A stretch of 64,000 nucleotides of DNA, taken from contig MU057521.1 of the NCBI GenBank assembly GCA_013265495.1, positions 682,001 through 746,000 on the forward strand, written 5' to 3'. The notes under the pieces are model-generated. The model was not told the origin of the DNA. It saw only the letters and a list, made by a program, of their open reading frames with translations, and did not search any database. Of the stretch, positions 25,995 to 39,419 are shown piece after piece. The stretch comes from Vicugna vicugna (lineage: Eukaryota). Each line of letters opens with the position of its first letter. Position 1 is the first letter of the stretch. The position numbers and the translations under genes are program-made.

Positions 25995-26705
25995 CATGTC
26001 CAGCATTCTTCAGTGACGGAATATAACCCGTAATTTTACCAAAATGATAGTATTATTCTCTCTCTCTGATCTAGAAATTATAATTTTTTTATCTGCCTTC
26101 TTCGTAAAACAAAGGAACAGCTAGAAATCAAGCAACAGTTACTAATGTAACGTGTCCAACAAGCATTTGATAAAGATCCTCTTAGAAAAGAGAAAAGGGC
26201 ATGTAGGGATATGAGGTTTTTAAGTAACCAATCTGACTGGGTGGCTTATGGCTTAAGAAAACAAAGTTATGATGAGTTCAAAAGATTCATCTAGGGGAAG
26301 AGACAGAAGCCTGCCTAAAATAACTTACTCCATATCATAAATAATTCACCATGACAATTCTCCGATGCCAGCTGAATGTTTAGAAAACGTAATTCACACT
26401 AAGTTATGTACCATTCATGATTTAACATCCTGTAGTAAACTACTCTTTTTGTTGTTGTTGTTACAATTCTGTGCCTGTATTTAAATACATCATTTTCTCC
26501 TCAGACTTAGAACTTCCCCCACCTTCCCCTTGGAGCACCACTTCAAGGGCCTCTTCCATGGTCTCTTTCCCCTCCTCTTGTCTGGGCTCCTTTCCTGTTC
26601 CTTGCAGGCACCTTCACGGGCGTCCTCAGCAGCACTCTCGGTCTTTGGCTTCCTCTAATCTCAACCCAAGCTCCCCACTCCTATCCTAGTGTCCTCAATA
26701 TATAC

Positions 26706-26845
26706 CCATGCTCCTCAAACTTGAACGTGAGACCTTGTTAAAATGCAGATTCTGATTCAGTATGACTGAGGTGGGGTCGGCGATCCTGCATTTCTAACAA
26801 GCCCCGGGTGACACCTGTGCCACTGTCCATGGACCACACTGCAAG
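26706..26845. mobile_element. MER5A-like MITE
   Basis: cttgttaaaatgcagattctgattcagta...ggtgggg...ctgcatttctaacaagccccgggtga...ggaccacact. Confidence 0.8.
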
Positions 26846-29800
26846 GCGGCACAGCCTGACTGACTGTCCCCCACGGTCTGCACTGTAAGCCCCACCACCG
26901 TCCCCCGTGGGGCCTCCCTTCCCCTACGAGGTCTCATACTTCAAAATGATCTCTTACCACTACCACCCACCGCCACTTCTCCTCAGCTCCTGCTGTCTTA
27001 AGCACATCTCAGGCAAGCAAATGAATAAAATAATCCTATTAAAGAATAAGTGACTGATATGTTCTCCTTACCCACCCTCCCCATCCACCCAGAGGTCTTC
27101 CTTAGTCATCTGCGCGTATCTCTCAATCAAGTAGTCTTCACTTGAAGTGTAAATATTGGTATATTTTTCTGGGGAGTTAAATCTAGATTATTATCAGACT
27201 TTCAAAGAATTCCCTAATCCCTAAGGATAGGAAGCCATGGTCTAAATATCAAAATGTCAGGCACTGTCAATAAACATGTTTCGAAGGGCACTAGAGGGGC
27301 GGGAAGGTGTCTCCTCTCAGAGCACATGCTCAACTCTCTTCGTCTCTCTCTGTGTGGCAGTTCACAGGGTGGGGCAGACAGCAGAGCTGGGGGTTACAGC
27401 GAGTTTCCTGCTCACACTCCCTCAAACCCAAAGGAGCTGTCGCTTTGGGTTCTGCTTCCTTGTAGTCAAACTGAATTCTGATCTGGAGACCAAAGCAGAG
27501 GCTGCCGGGTCAGTTCCCAGCCCTTAGTGAACCTGAAGGTAAGGCTGATTGGATGGAGGGGACTAGTTGTGTCTTCACTGTGTCCAAGTGTGGCTAAGAT
27601 TTCAGGACCCAGGAGGTCCAGCTCTCAAACCAGGGAGAGTGCAAAGGTCCCTGAACCATCAGGAAAATATGTGCCCTTGCTAAAGAAAAGAGAATCCTGG
27701 GTCTTCCAAAAGGCCTGGAAGCGTAACTTCTCCCTCCTCCACCCACACTGGACAAGGGAAATGCCTTGTTTCTCTATATGTTAAATGAGATAACATCTGT
27801 AAAGCACTCGGCATGGAGCCCAGCAGATATCAGGGGTTCAATAAATATTGGTTCCCTTCCCTATTAAAAAAGCAACACCAGCTACCCTGTTTATGTGATT
27901 CGCTTGCCGTTACCACCATATAGCACAGTAAGAAGTGTGTTTGTAATTACATATGTAACACTATGGTAATTTTGTTTTTAAATTGTATTGATTACGTCAT
28001 TATACGCTTTATGTAAGCTCAGAGTTTTCCTGCTTATGCAGCATGGTTAAAAAAAAAAGTTTAACATCTTCCTGCAGTTTCCTCATTGTTCTTCCTGTCC
28101 TGATGCAGCTGTACCCCTCAACTCGGATGCTCCCCACCAGCCTCCCTCCTCTACCCTCCACACAACACTCCCTCCCTTCGCCCTCATTACACTGCTAGCA
28201 AAGACCAGGAAATCTCCAGGAATATCCCCTTCCATCTGTTTCTGGAGGCTTTGACTCACACACTGTTCAACCCTAGCAGTCGGCACACCAGCCGGGGCAG
28301 GGTATGCTCCTGGAGCGGACAAGTGCCTATCAAAATCATCCTCACCACAGAAGCCCTGATCAAAACACTGGATGGGAGTGAATGTGGGCTGCGACGTGAT
28401 ACCACAAGGGAGCTGAAAGCCACCACACCCATTTATCCACATTTGGGACTAGGAGGAATCATTAGCATCAGACTGAAAAATAGCCAGACGTCTCCAACTT
28501 GAAAGCAGACATTAATGAACCAAGCACAGAGCTGAAGTTGAAGATGAGCTTGTGGTGAAACCAGTTGGAACCCTCCATCATGGTCTGGATGTGAATTATT
28601 CTTACTAAAAAATCTATGGAGCCACTGAACATATTTGGAAAATCCTCAACAGTATTTATCACTGTATAACAACATCTTGATTCATAACTAACTTCAGGAA
28701 ATGACAATATCCACAAATGGAATCAATCATTTCAACATAAGCCTTGTACTAGCAAATAACTTCAACTTCCAAGTAAATCCTAGAGAGTATTTTAAGCGTG
28801 ATCATCACAGAGCTCACTGGAAATAAACTAGTTGCCCTGGTTGCCCAAGAATATCCCCTGATATTTTTTAAAATTGAATTTAAAAATAGGGTCACTGTCA
28901 ACAGGCAGTGGCACTCATTATTTTCCACGTGTGCACTCCTACAGCTACTGAAAAGCAAGGCATAAAAAGCAAAGAACAGTACAAAATCTATTAACTCTAG
29001 TCATCCTCTGGGCCCCTGGCCTCTCTCGACCATAACTTTGCATCCAATAATTACAACTGCCATTTCTAACTAAGAATGGTACCATTCCCATCTTCTAACT
29101 GTACAGAACCTTTTGCTAGTAACATACATATTTTCCCACCACGCTGAAGAAAATAAAACAGAACCGGCAATAAGAATCCTGGAGCTGGTTAGTGTTTCCA
29201 GGTTTGCAAAAAATAAACTGACATATGATTTCCAGAACATTTTCAAGCTTCCATATTTTGGAAATAAAATGGCTCTTAACTTTCAAGAAGAATTAACAGC
29301 CTGGGATTTTGTTATCAAACCAGGTGAATTTTAATAGCTCATTTTAAAAAATAACATTGAAATGAAAGTAGAAGGTTCAACAGCACAGCAGATCAAAGCA
29401 TCCAGAAAACAGATAAAAGGGGATACTTGTGAGTGCAAAATGAGTACAAATTACCCGCCTAATTCTACACAGAACCTTAGCAACCTACTCGGATTCAGGG
29501 ATCTGCCTGGGAAGTATTTGTACTCATCACCTAAACAACATAAAGCTGAATGAAGGCATATTCCTCAGGAGACACAAACAATTTCTCTTCACTGTTTGAA
29601 TAGCAATCCATTATTTTTTTAAGTCAATACAAACGCAAGGTTTACAATAGGCAAAATAATTCTGAGAGTGATTCTCTACCACCTTTTTACCAAAAAAAAA
29701 TTTTACCTTAGTTCTCTACAAATGTTCAAGCTTATTTTTTAACATTTACAGTCAAAACTATTTCACTTAAATGCTGCATCACAGAGAATTTCCTTAAAAA

Positions 29801-30104
29801 TTAGTATTCATACATTTTTCCATGACATGATGTTCCAGTCACAGAAAGTTACAGAATATGCCACTCATGACGTCACTGCTGCTTCTTCCAAGGCCATTCT
29901 TGTTACGACTCCACCATCTGCAGTGCGTCTTATTAATAAAGATGTTTGAAGCAGTCTAGGGGTCAGAAGAGAGGCATGACTCTGAAAATCGAGAAACTAT
30001 CTTTCCCTGGGTCCACAACTTGAGGCCAGCCTCCCAGGAGGTAGATACAACTCCTGCTAATAAGGCTCCATTCCGAGGGAACCAAAATTCCCTCCAGCTG
30101 GTTT

Positions 30105-30178
30105 GTTTTTGTTTGTTTGTTCACTGAAGAATAGCCAGTTTACAATGTTGTGTTAATTTCTAGTGTACAGCACAGTGA
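30105..30178 (-). mobile_element. Ultra-short 5'-truncated L1 (3' terminus plus (AAAC)n-like tail) with 9-bp TSD
   Basis: cagtttacaatgttgtgttaatttctagtgtacagcacagtga; direct repeat agctggttt at 30096-30104 and 30179-30187. Confidence 0.85.
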
Positions 30179-30219
30179 AGCTGGTTTCAAAGAAAATGCA
30201 AAAGTGCAGTCACAGAGGT

Positions 30220-30580
30220 ATGCCAGAGAATCCAAGGGCAGGAAGCTCAGCTGAGCTTCCCAATGGACAAGGGACAGGAGCTGGGAGGAAGAGCCTCTTG
30301 GCCACCTGACTTCCTCCGCACTGCCGCTACAGGACAGAGCATCCTGCCATTCCTGCAGGTCCCAAGTCCACACTCCCAGGAAAGAGAACCTGCGTGGCCC
30401 AGCTTGACTCACTTGGCCCCACCTCTGTTCCACACAGCTTTGGTCTGGGGGAAGGGCAGAGTCTTCTGTTACAAATAAAGCCTCAGGGTCCCATCCTTTG
30501 GGGGAGAGGGCAGTTCTTACACAAGTCAGAAACATACTGCACAGGCACCCCAGAGATGTCTGGGGCAGTCTCTGACAAGA
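30220..30580. mobile_element. Old MaLR LTR fragment (MLT1J/K-like)
   Basis: tcccaggaaagagaacctgcgtggcccagcttgactcac...acagctttggtctgggggaagggcagagtc. Confidence 0.5.
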
Positions 30581-31119
30581 AGCTACATACATAATGAATG
30601 AGTCTCCCATTGAGGAGACATAATGTTAAGATATCCCCAGTCAGATTTTATCATCAGAATTATTCACAAATTATTTTATTGGAAAATATGTTTCATATTT
30701 TTTCTTTATTTGGAGAGACTTATGCAACATAATTTTCCTTCCCCTCCTCTTGAGAATCTGACAATTTCTACAGTCACAATGAAGAAGAATGTTTGTGGCA
30801 TTTCGCTCTGTTTTCCACCCAGATATGTCAAGAATAGTGTCCTTTTGACAAGCCAGGTGGAATGTTACATCCTTCTACTAACAAGCTTCTATTCCCACTA
30901 CCCACCGAACACAGGATTTGAAACTTCAGTATCTTCAGGGAAATCACCACTGCCGGCCAACAGCTGCTGTGAAACCCTAAGTCAGAAAGACTCGTTCCCC
31001 CCACAAAATGGAAGAAAAGAGCCAAATGGAGGAAAAGATCCAAACGGTTATGAGAGAAGGCTAACATTCTAGTTTGCACCACTGGTGTATCATCTCTTCT
31101 GCTTTTGGAAAGAATTAAA

Positions 31120-31560
31120 CTTTCAGTGAGCATCTATTACGTCCCCTACACTAAGCTTTACATGTTATATACACGAGATGATGTAATCCTCAGAGAAACC
31201 CTACAACTCTGTGGACTGGAAAAACTCTCGAGGCATCAGAAAGATGAAATAATCTGCAAAACAAGCACAGAAGTAGACTCTAAACCTGATTCTGCCTGAT
31301 CCCAGGGCCTGTAGTGCTTCTCTCACTAGTGCTGACAGGCAGCATTTCTGGAGCACCACCAGTGTGCCAAGGCCCAGTTTCCAGTGCTTTACCTGCACTG
31401 ACTTACACAGTAGGTGTACACCTAGTTACTATCAGCTCCATTTCACAGATGTGAAAAGAGGAGCACAGAGAGGTAAAACACTTCTCCAAATTCACATGGC
31501 CTATAAACGGTGGAGCTGAGATTAGGACCCAGGCAATCGAGTTGCATGGTAGGTCAAGTT
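31120..31560 (-). mobile_element. Two MIR fragments
   Basis: gtgagcatctattacgtccc; ctccatttcacagatgtgaaaagaggagcacagagaggtaaaacacttctccaa. Confidence 0.7.
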
Positions 31561-32838
31561 GCCTGCACTTGATTTGCAGACAGCACAGGGCCCTCCTTGG
31601 TGATGCTCTCATTATTGAGTCAATATACCTCAACCGTGTCCCTGAGAGCAGCCATGGGTCCCTCACAAGTTCAAAGTAAAATCAAGTTAAAATTGCGTAT
31701 CTCATCATTTCACTGCATGTGTGGAGAACAGAAATGACAATCTTGGTAGCCAGGATTCTCCAATCCTTATTTCACCCTAAAATAGCTCTTCTTCCCTATG
31801 TCTTCTAAAGCTTCAAGACATCAAGATATGCTAAGGACGTTATGAATGAGGGAAATCTCTTTTCATTTCATTGTGCGGGCCTGTGTGCACGCGCATGCGC
31901 ACATGTGTTTGGGGAGAGGGAGGAAACAATATTAAAGAATGTTGGTAACTCTCTTCTAAGAATATTCTTTTCCTCACCTCTCCTTTTAAACATAAGCATA
32001 TTTAGTCTCTCTCTGCTAGGAGACCTTTAATGGTCTGTGTTCTTCTAGTATCTTTTTCCCCCTGCTCGCTCCATTAAAAGTGTTCCAATTTCAAACCTCT
32101 ACAGCGCCACTGGCTTAGATAATGTACTGTCATCTGTACCTCATACATCGTGTCCAGGGGACTGGCCTTACTGTAAGTGTCACTTCAATTGCAGTGAGCT
32201 GGCCACAGGCCATGACCTATGGAGGCCCTTGTGGCCATTTACTGCAAACTACAGCCTGTGCATGATGCTAATGAAGTTCTTCAAGAAGCCACATTTGCAT
32301 GACTTCATATTTTGCTGTGTCTCCTTTAAAATTGTTAATAAAAGACAAAGGTGTTCTTTATTATGAATTTGTACCTTCATTTTCTTCATCCCTTTCTGTT
32401 CAGAGGAAACCATTTCCATCAATCCCACTACAGTATATCCCTTCATGACCACCAACACCCAAACACCTCCCCCAACCCCCCCAAAACTGCAAAAACCTAA
32501 TGCGGTAATTGCCTCCAAATTTGGAGCTTTATATGCAAACTGTTCGTGACATTCACAAAACCGGGAAGCAACTGCAATAGCACTGTGCTTCTGGAGAGAT
32601 GAAGCCAATTTCAGAATCCAATTTTCAAAAGGAAATGCCATGTTTGTTTCATGTCAGCCTCGCTTCAGATCAGAGGGGAAAAAAAACGAACAAAGCGAAA
32701 ACCGTTGGTCTGGCCGGTTATTTCCAAGCAAAGCAGAGGGCAGATGGAAAGGCATTCAGTTGGCTGTAGTGCCCTGTCTCGTCTACTTCCAGTTGCTTTA
32801 GAAGCAGCTGAGCAAAGCCTAACCCCTGATGAATGAGA

Positions 32839-32861
32839 ACACACAAACACACACACACACA
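32839..32861. repeat. (CA)n microsatellite, interrupted
   Basis: acacacaaacacacacacacaca. Confidence 0.85.
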
Positions 32862-35800
32862 TCCAAATGCTTACTTAAATAACATTATTTTAAAAAGACA
32901 GGCTAGACTGTCACACAGACAGGTGGCCTGGCTGCTTTAGCAGTTCTCATACACCAGACTGGCTGCCCAGCTCGTCCAGCCCTGCCTCCCGACCATCCTG
33001 TAGCCACAACACAGTGCACAGCCCTGGTTGTACATGTAGCAACACAGTCTCTCATTAAGGGGGAAGGATTTCTGGAAGTGAGCCTGTGGCATTTTGTAGA
33101 TTTAGAATTAACCTGTGGAGTGTGACTATAAATTTTTTAAAAAAGAGAAAATCACCTCTGCTATTGTATCTGCATTTACATACGTACATTATAGTTTCCA
33201 GCTACCTACATACCTGTGCAATTAATGAACAAATAAAAACATGTAGTCACTCACATATACAAATATACAATACACTCAGAGGAATCTATAGACCGTCAAT
33301 GTCAATATGAAATTTGTCAATGATTTATAGAGATTCTGATAAAAAGAAGTACATAGGGAAAAATGTAATTGATTTTTAAATGGGTTTCCTTTGCCTGTAT
33401 TCAGCTTTCTTACCAAAGACCATTTTCCTCACTGCTCCCTGGTGAAAACAATTTGAGTGTTGCAGCTCTTCACCAGATGTAAAAAGAACACAAGGCCAGC
33501 CAGTCACATCGATGTGTGCTCACCTCTGCTGGCTGCCTGTGCATAAGCTCCACGAACTCCCCCGCCAACTGCTGTCTGTGCAGACGCCCAGAGAGTGTGG
33601 GGAACAGTAAGGCACGGTTAGCCTGGGGATTGTGGGGTCGCATCTCATCATCCCTGCACACGCTATATATCCCATGACTGTTGTCTGCAATACAACTGGG
33701 CATTGGCTGTAGCCAATCTATTTCTATGCTGTATTGTCATTGGTCAAAAATGGCCTTGTTCTTCCATTGCCTCCATTTTCTAACTGAAAAAGGAAAGGAA
33801 CTGATAAGCCTGAGCTCAATTCGTTCTGGCAATTATTGCAAGGTTCCTACTGTGAGGGAGGCCCTGCCCATCGGCGCAGAATGACACACAGCCATCCAGG
33901 GGCCAGACAAAAGGAGACCCTGCTTTTCTCCAAGTGTATTCAGCCATGTATAGACATATTGGCCGAGATGCCTACCCATTCACATCTTAATGGGAAAAAG
34001 AGAGAGACAAGAACCTGAAAAGAAAAAAAAGGAGAATGAAAGATTATCAAGTGACAGCAGACAACAAAACGTGAACTTGGTTAAGAGGGAAGAAAGGAAA
34101 CTATTGCGACCACAGGACAGTAAATCACTGATACACTGTAGATACACGTTTTACTACTATCTAGCTGAATTATGCTTTTATTACAGATAAAGCTTACTAC
34201 AGTGATACTGAAATATGAAACTGGAGAAAGTTATGCTTGGAGGTTGGATTCTGTTAGCTTCTCTCTTCACTTTCTCTTTCTCTCTCTCCCCTTCACTAAG
34301 GTCCAGCTGCACATTAATTCAACCAAATGAAACGATTAAGATGAAATACCACCAAGATGCATTCTAAAATGTAACTTTTCTGAAACAAGTATGTAACTTT
34401 ATGAAAAAACCAAAGTACCCGTCAAAAGGTGAAAAAGGTGTATTACATTATGATGAAAAAGAGGTCATTTAAGAAAAGGCTGAAATAGCACTTCTTTTTG
34501 AAATGGCATATGGAGGCTTTTTTAACACTGAAAAAGGGGTGACTTTTTCTTAATATTTGTCCTTATTCTCTGCTCATGAACAGAAGGAACATGTTTGAAG
34601 ATAAGGTCACTTTAAATTCTAGGCCCTGGCACATGTTTCTCTCAGGGGCCAAATGCCCTCATCTTTCCCCTTTTCAACTATATCTAACACTAACAGTTCC
34701 ACCGTCCAACACTCCTGTCCACTAGGAAAACAGCTGACAAGCGGTAATGTCAGAATTACATCTGTGACATACCAGAAATCATTTCTTCAAAAACTCACTC
34801 ATTTCAAAGAATGAGTAATGAAGTGAACAGGGCGAAATTAAGTTAATTTTTAAATCTGTTATTAATTGTTTCTCTTTAATCATGGAAAATAAGGGGGGAA
34901 ATAACAGATTCAATAACAACATACACTTTTTCCATTACAGAGAATACCTAACTCAATGGATGAATCATTAGAGAATGATCCCTCTGGCCTAGGGAACTCC
35001 AGATACAGATACAAAAAGGAAAAGTTTGAGATATAAAATATACCATAAAATTGCTGGGAAAAGTGAACTACAATCCCCAGTGAAATTACCTCCTTCAGCA
35101 ATTAAGAGCCCGTTTGTTGGAGCATTAACAGCCTCAGGCAAACTCAACAAACCCACTCCTGGCTGCCAGTAACGACAGATTTCTTAGGGAGTATTATTTA
35201 ATTAACAATAATCTGAAAGAGCAGCTCAGCTGAGATACTGTATTTACTTACTGGAAACACTAAGCAATGGTAAGTGGAAAAGACGTGCAATTTGTTGGCC
35301 TTCCCATTATCTTCTGTTTCTGAAATACCTAAGTAGCTGATAGGTATTTGCCACCAGACATTTTCAGCTGACTGAGAGGCCAACACGTCCAGGAAACTTT
35401 AGTTCTGACTGTACACGGCTCCTAATAGTCTTTTGCTGCTTGATTCTGTTAAGAAATCCCCTAGGGCCTCAAATGTTCAGGGACAGCATTCTTTGTCCTT
35501 CCCCCATCTAGGCAAGGGCAACTGCCAGCCCCCCTGCCTTGTATACGCCAGGCTCCCTCCCACCCCTATACATCATTTGCTGCTAATCATCTAACCTAAG
35601 TGACGCCTTTGTTCTCACTGCCTTCCCAAGTAGCTTTGGGTTGCATCAGCAACTTCGTAGCTGACTGGGTCTTGTCTCCCCCCAGAGACGCACTCGACCC
35701 CATGGAACTGGCAGAGAGGGAAAGAAAGCCCTAGCCGTGTGGAGCCCTCTTGCCTCAGAGTTACTGAACTAAATCCCCTACATCCAACAGCCTCCTTTGG

Positions 35801-37369
35801 AGCTGATTATAATTTAAAGACCAATTTCAAACTGGCAAAGGGAGGACCACTTTAAGTTGTTCTGACATACAGTGGGAGCTGGCAGCATGAAGTGAACTCC
35901 ACAACTAAAGTGGCAAGCTCAGGAAAATGCAAAAATAGTACACTCCGTGGAAGAAGGAGCAAAGTAAGTTATAAAACTTTTCATGTTATTTCTATGACAT
36001 ATCTTCACAAAATTTGGCTTAAAATCGATCAGTGGCATAGAAAGATTGTCTTGGGAAATGAATGTGTTGATTTAATTCCTGTGGGAGCCAAACAAAGCTA
36101 GCTAAGATAGTAATTTTAAATTATTTTGGGGTGGATGTTAATTGTAGTCACTCGTGAACATTAAAATCCCTGCCAGCAGAAAATCTTTATCTTGATTTGT
36201 GATAAGCTTAGAAATGAACTGTCGGGGTGGAACATGGTTATTAAGCAAAACTAATTTCTGTTCATGACTTGTGAGAAGACAAATGTGAAATTTCAACCAG
36301 TTAGCTCCTGCTTATGTTTGGGAGCAGGTTAGGATGGGGTGTGTACAGAGCGGGAGCATCCACAGTGGATTAAGATTGATTGCAGAGGCTGAAGATTTTT
36401 CTCTTTGAGTCTTTTGAATCCGAAGTAGCTTTTGCTCAAATAATATCAAAGGCATCTGATTAAACACATCTCCCAGCAGGATTTTATTGTAGGGCATGCT
36501 TTATTATGTACAGTATAATCAGATTGATATAATATGGCATTAGCCAGTGAATGTCTTGTTTTGAAACAACTTGTGGAAATAGATTTTTATCCCTTTCTTT
36601 AATCCTTATTTGATGCTGTTAACCAATTCCATTATTTAAATTGACTATTAAGATTGGAATCAGTTTGATTTATCAGAATGTCTTTCCCATTAATAAGGCT
36701 TTCTTGTTAGACTCTTTCTGTACCCTTCATTTACTTTAGAACTTTGAAGAAAAACATTTGCAAAATCTTTTTCCTTAACATGGATTAAAGCTGTGGATCA
36801 GTTCCTATTAAACTATTCTTAGCCTTATAGTATAAGAAGAGTTTTATACGAGCTTCTTTTAATGATTCTTTACTGTATAGGCAAGGTCAAAGGGATTATA
36901 GGAGAAAGAAATAGTAAGTTTAAATTTTGCAAAAGATACGTAAGAATATTTTCCATTCCAAAGGTTCCCAATTCCTCTAATGACACAGAAAAGGAACACA
37001 CAGGAATTTTAACTGCTAATGCAGTTTCCACTAATAACACGTGAACATCCTTGTGGACTACTGTATGGTATTTAAGTATCAGAAAGGTGGAAAAGTGTCA
37101 GCATAAAAGCAAGGGAGGCACACAATTTTTTCCGACAGCAGAGCTAACAATCCTATCTTGCCACAAGTGTTACCTGAGAACAGTCAGCGGGTCATTTTAA
37201 AAAATTCTTTTCTTTACTGATATTTTACAGCAAGTAAAAGTAAAAATAGCTAGAATCAAGTATCATCATCAATTGATTGCTCTTCAGAGAGGGACTACTA
37301 ATTCTTTTCCTTGTATGCTTATAAATTCAGTATTTCTCCTATGAAAAAATGAGTGAAATCTTCTTACTA

Positions 37370-37960
37370 TTATGGAGTCAGAATTTGGAAATATCATTGA
37401 CTTATAGGATTTGTAAAAGACTTCAAGGCCCTTTGATTCTACCCCCAATCTTTGGCAGACTTAACTCAATGGGAAAGTTCTCCCCTGAAGTCTCTTACCT
37501 CTATCTCCCCAACCCCCAGCCCCTTAAAAGGGCAGGTTTCTTCATCTCCAACTTAACCTGTCCCAGTTTATAAGCTTTACTGTCAGGAAATCTGTCTTTG
37601 TTTAAATCTCTTCTGCTACTGACTAAGGCCATGTTCTCTGCTCCTGGTTCCTAGGTGAAGAGGAATTTTTAAAATGTGGGTATCATTATTGAGCTGAACC
37701 TTGACTTCTTCTCCTCCAGCCTTAAAGATTTCTTTCCTTGGATACTTTAGGTTTCATCTTTAGGGCCTTGATGACTCCTCTTTACCTGCTCCAAGCTCCC
37801 ATCTCACTTCCCAATCCTCCTTGGGTTGTAGTTCTCAGAAACTGACATAGCTCTGGTAAGGACCCCAGCCCCACCTGGTGGCTCCTTGGGATCCTACTTT
37901 GTGAATATTGCCATGCAAGTACCAAGAGTCTTTTCGAAATGAGAGTGTGATATTGCTGAA
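37370..37960 (-). mobile_element. CR1/L3 LINE fragment
   Basis: agctttactgtcaggaaatc...aaatctcttctgct...ccttgacttcttctcctccagc...cagaaactgacatagctc resembles antisense L3. Confidence 0.5.
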
Positions 37961-37984
37961 TTGTTGTTCACTTCTTATTTAATT

Positions 37985-38710
37985 CTATTCCATGTTTTAC
38001 TGAATTCCTGTTTGGTGCCGACACTGTGCTAATTTTGAAGATACACAGGTGACAGTCACTACCCTTGGAGAATTCACAGGCTAGAAGGGAAAGCAGATCA
38101 CAGGAGGTATGCCAATGGAATAGACAGAGTGGGATGGGGACACAGAAAACCGGCCTAATAATTAATAAACACTCACTAGAAGAGAAATTGCTAAGCACAG
38201 AAGGTCCTGGGAAAGGCATTCAAGTCTGGGTAAAAGCATGAAAATGTTAAAACATAGGATCTGCAGTTCATTTCGATGGACAAAAAAGTAAGGGGAGCAG
38301 GGACAGGAGATGAGGCTAGAATGGTACGTAGGAGCCAGATCATGTAGTCCTTGAGTGCCTGGTCAAGGATTTCAGATTTTATCAGTTCAGAAATGAGAAA
38401 CTATTAGAGATCTTTTAGTAGGTGAGTGGCCTGATAAGATACGATCCCTCTGTCTGATAAAAGAACAGATTTGAACAGGGACGCCAGTTAGGAGGCTGCT
38501 GCAGGGGTGAAGGTGTGAAATGTAAACACCAGAAGTATGGCAAGGGCTGCAGGAATGGAGAGGAAAGACAGATTTAGAAAGACTTCGAAGGCAGAATTGG
38601 TAGAATTCAACAGATCTAAGTAATCAGAAAGGGGCGGGGGCCGTTAGGGACAGAAGGGTCTGACTTCTAGATTTCTACTTGAATTGCTGGAAATGCCATT
38701 CATTCCCCAG
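37985..38710 (-). mobile_element. L2 LINE fragment
   Basis: ggagatgaggctagaatgg...ggagccagatcatgtag; ccagttaggaggctgctgcagg; ggaatggagaggaaagacagatttagaaa. Confidence 0.75.
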
Positions 38711-39419
38711 GCTAGAAAGCAGAGCAAGGGCTCCAACAGAGAAAAAAATCAGGAGTCAAACTGGAAGGAAATGGTATCCACAGTGACCCACCAACCTTAT
38801 GCTTGTTCAATGAGTTTTCATTTCTAGATGTTACTAGATTTTACTGTATTCATCACTGCTCTGTTTACATTCTAATACTTCTCCAAAGAGCCATGTGTCT
38901 GAAGTCAAGCCACATCCTTTATCACCATCACTCTCACTTGTTCCACTTTGGTAAAATCTCAGTGATTACTGATCATAATTTTAGACAGCCATAAAATTAT
39001 GAATGAGTATTAAACACTAGATATGGAACTTACTCCTGTATAATAGTACTTGTCACTGCACTGAAGTTCAAAATGACCCACTGACAACGATTCTCCAGTC
39101 ACTCAGAACTGAACAGTCAGAACTCTACGGTCTCACTTGTTACTCCTGGGTGAGGCACAATCAAGAGTCTTGGATACCCAGCTCACACAGAGCTCCCTCC
39201 TTCAGATGCACCCATCTCTGTATGACATCATCCAGTCCTAAGTGGAAATCAGGTCATTCGGACAGAACTTCTTCTGTATGTCTTTTCAAACCAAAGAATA
39301 ACTGTTTCCCCTTCCCAATTTCCTTCTAAATACAAAAATTTGCCTTTGTTATTTTAAGATTGCAAAAGTTCTTTCACATTGAACTCAATGACCCTAAATG
39401 GCCTGACTGACAATCCAGG

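Noticed and set aside
30140..31133. Longest non-cadherin ORFs (156 aa on -, 149 aa on +, 101 aa on -)
   Set aside because: The first runs through LTR and L1 fragments. None has a recognisable domain or clear exon structure, and such lengths occur by chance in 64 kb.
32249..32641. 130-aa - strand ORF
   Set aside because: No domain similarity; it includes a G-run-derived low-complexity stretch.
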